24,000 bases of DNA from an uncultured Actinomycetota bacterium (lineage in GTDB: Bacteria; Actinomycetota; Actinomycetes; Mycobacteriales; Jatrophihabitantaceae): assembly GCA_963754285.1 (NCBI GenBank), contig CAVWFN010000004.1, forward strand, positions 214,151-238,150. The letters run 5' to 3'. Made by a program: the position numbers and the translations under genes. Positions 22,792 to 24,000 of the stretch are shown piece by piece; positions within the stretch are counted from its first letter, which is position 1, and every line of letters begins with the position of its first letter. The notes beneath the pieces are model-generated. The model saw only the letters and a list, made by a program, of their open reading frames with translations, was not told the DNA's origin and made no database searches.

Positions 22792-23276
22792 CGCGAGGGT
22801 CGGGACAGGTCCGGCCCGACGCCGTTTGCCGAGGAGAGGATCTCGGCCGCAGTCAGTGCATTGCCCTCGACCGCAGCCAACATCAGTGCCCGTTGCGCGA
22901 CGTCCGGATCGGTTTCCGGTGGCACGACGAGCACATCGATGAGTTCTCGACGCCACGCGTCGCTGAGTCTGACAGTGAGCGGGTCGCTCGTGGCGAAGCC
23001 GCCGAGACGGATGGTTCGGCCGTGGACGAGCAAGCGGCGCGGGGCGTCGTCCCACGCCGCCAGGCTGTACGTGATGCGCGCGATCGGGCGGTTCGCGGCC
23101 CAGAGCGCCTCGACCAGCCCAGGCAACTCCGTCGCCAAATCCAGGCTTCGCGGCCACCATGCCGCGTCGATAGCGCCGGAGGTGGAGATGGGCTGGCGGA
23201 AACTGATCCGGACGTCGCGGTCCGCTGCGTTCGCGGCAGGCCTTACCCGTGTCGCTTCGCGGCTGCTGATTGTCAT
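22788..23276 (-). CDS. DUF5994-family protein
   Basis: C-terminal 162 codons of ORF 22788..23786, from ATG at 23276. SGAIDAAWWPRSLDLATELPGLVEAL...ITYSLAAWDDAPRRLLVHGRTIRLGGF...DVLVVPPETDP matches the conserved DGAWWPRS...VIPPET signature of actinobacterial DUF5994 proteins. Confidence 0.8.
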   Translation of the reverse strand: MTISSREATRVRPAANAADRDVRISFRQPISTSGAIDAAWWPRSLDLATELPGLVEALWAANRPIARITYSLAAWDDAPRRLLVHGRTIRLGGFATSDPLTVRLSDAWRRELIDVLVVPPETDPDVAQRALMLAAVEGNALTAAEILSSANGVGPDLSRPSR

Positions 23277-23485
23277 GGCACGCCTACAGACAGTCCTCAT
23301 CGGACCAGGCATTTGGTTCGCCAAGGGCGAGGCCGGAGTGATCACCGGCGTGCGAAAGAGCCTCAGCAAGTTCAACTCTACGCTCGTGTGCGTCCGCCGC
23401 GCTCGGATGCGCTGTAGAAGCGACGCCTTGTTCACCGCGCCTTGGGACGTCATCCGTGGACGCGCGCGCAAGATCGTCGCCGGCT

Positions 23486-24000
23486 TCAAGCCGGCGTCAT
23501 GCCGGCGGCCAGGACGTAGTTCTCGGCGCTCGTGGAGTTCATGTACTCGAGCACCTCGCGAGCAGTCTCCGGGTTCGCCGACCGAGCAAGGACGGCCCCG
23601 CTGAAGGTCGAGCGAATTGCAGCGCTGCCCGGTAACGCGCCGAGTACTCGTATCCCGCCGAGGTTCGACAGCTCGCTGCGCTGCTGGAATCCGAGGTCGG
23701 CTTCGCCGCCTGCGAGCAGGCTCCCGACCGATGTTCCTGGCGGCGCCTGTAACAACTTGTGGTCGACGGCGTCGACGAGTTCCCAACGCGACACGAGGTC
23801 GATCAGCGCCTCACCACTCGGTCCGGTCGAGTAAGCGATCCGATCAGCGTTGAGCAACGCCGTCCTCAGGTCGTCTTCTGTCGACAGCGGCACTGATGAC
23901 ACGCGTTCGGGGACGGCGACAACGACATCGGACACGAACAACGCTCGCAACGTGCCGCGCTCGAACAACCCGTCGGCGTCCAACTCGGCCATCGCTTCTC
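23486..24000 (-). CDS. ModA-like (PBP2) periplasmic substrate-binding protein, 5' end beyond window
   Basis: ORF 23486..23992. ...AYSTGPSGEALIDLVSRWELVDAVDHKLL...LLAGGEADLGFQQRSELSNLGGIRVLGALPGSAAIRSTFSGAVLARSANPETAREVLEYMNS is typical of molybdate-binding-like solute-binding proteins. The N-terminal half is missing, so the gene continues past 24000. Confidence 0.7.
   Translation of the reverse strand, partial: EAMAELDADGLFERGTLRALFVSDVVVAVPERVSSVPLSTEDDLRTALLNADRIAYSTGPSGEALIDLVSRWELVDAVDHKLLQAPPGTSVGSLLAGGEADLGFQQRSELSNLGGIRVLGALPGSAAIRSTFSGAVLARSANPETAREVLEYMNSTSAENYVLAAGMTPA

Noticed and set aside
22585-23160. Full 191-aa ORF 22585..23160 and the N-terminal 170 codons of ORF 22788..23786
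   Set aside because: The upstream portions are alternative-frame or leader sequence with Arg-rich composition. Only the last 68 codons (the Cys-rich peptide) and the last 162 codons (DUF5994), respectively, look genuine.
22411-23604. ORF 22411..23604 (+, 397 aa)
   Set aside because: It is antisense to the DUF5994, Cys-rich and HTH genes. No motifs are recognisable.
1-24000. CRISPR arrays, tRNA/rRNA genes, and transposases, integrases or IS elements
   Set aside because: I saw no short regularly spaced direct repeats, no cloverleaf-like or rRNA-like conserved stretches, and no DDE or tyrosine/serine recombinase-like ORFs. The only tandem repeat is the 279-bp coding repeat.

Overview
High-GC (about 70%) actinobacterial-type chromosomal window. 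It is densely coding and most genes lie on the minus strand. I support about 25 genes.

Gene content, in order:
- Start of window to 5 kb: partial GGDEF cyclase, two MFS transporters, an alpha/beta hydrolase and a universal stress protein.
- 5.0-9.6 kb: signalling cluster with a MEDS/anti-sigma-type kinase, a small ORF, a REC-only regulator, a CHASE3 histidine kinase and a REC-PP2C phosphatase.
- 9.7-10.8 kb: YceI and a VOC/glyoxalase.
- 10.8-12.0 kb: stand-alone retron-type reverse transcriptase (RT), with a structured ~290-nt non-coding leader upstream.
- 12.3-15.0 kb: divergent, frame-broken gene for a secreted beta-helix / cadherin-like / Ig-like repeat protein. It carries a 2 x 279 bp near-identical tandem repeat.
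- 15.0-18.9 kb: padR / ABC ATPase / FtsX permease operon.
- 18.9-24 kb: hemolysin-III protein, three GAF-ANTAR paralogs, a DUF5994 / Cys-rich peptide / sigma-region-4 HTH module, and a partial ModA-like binding protein.

Most interesting: the orphan RT at 10795-12021. It has YVDD and LPQGAPTSP motifs and no co-oriented effector gene. Its upstream leader contains a long-range inverted repeat (12024-12040 vs 12162-12178) enclosing three hairpins. This layout fits a retron msr/msd-like or other RT-template ncRNA, but that is inference only.

Caveat: at least four genes carry single-nucleotide frame disruptions (histidine kinase x2, PadR, one ANTAR gene, and the surface protein many times). These are either assembly indel errors or real pseudogenisation, and sequence alone cannot distinguish the two.

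No rRNA, tRNA, CRISPR array, transposase or integrase was recognised.
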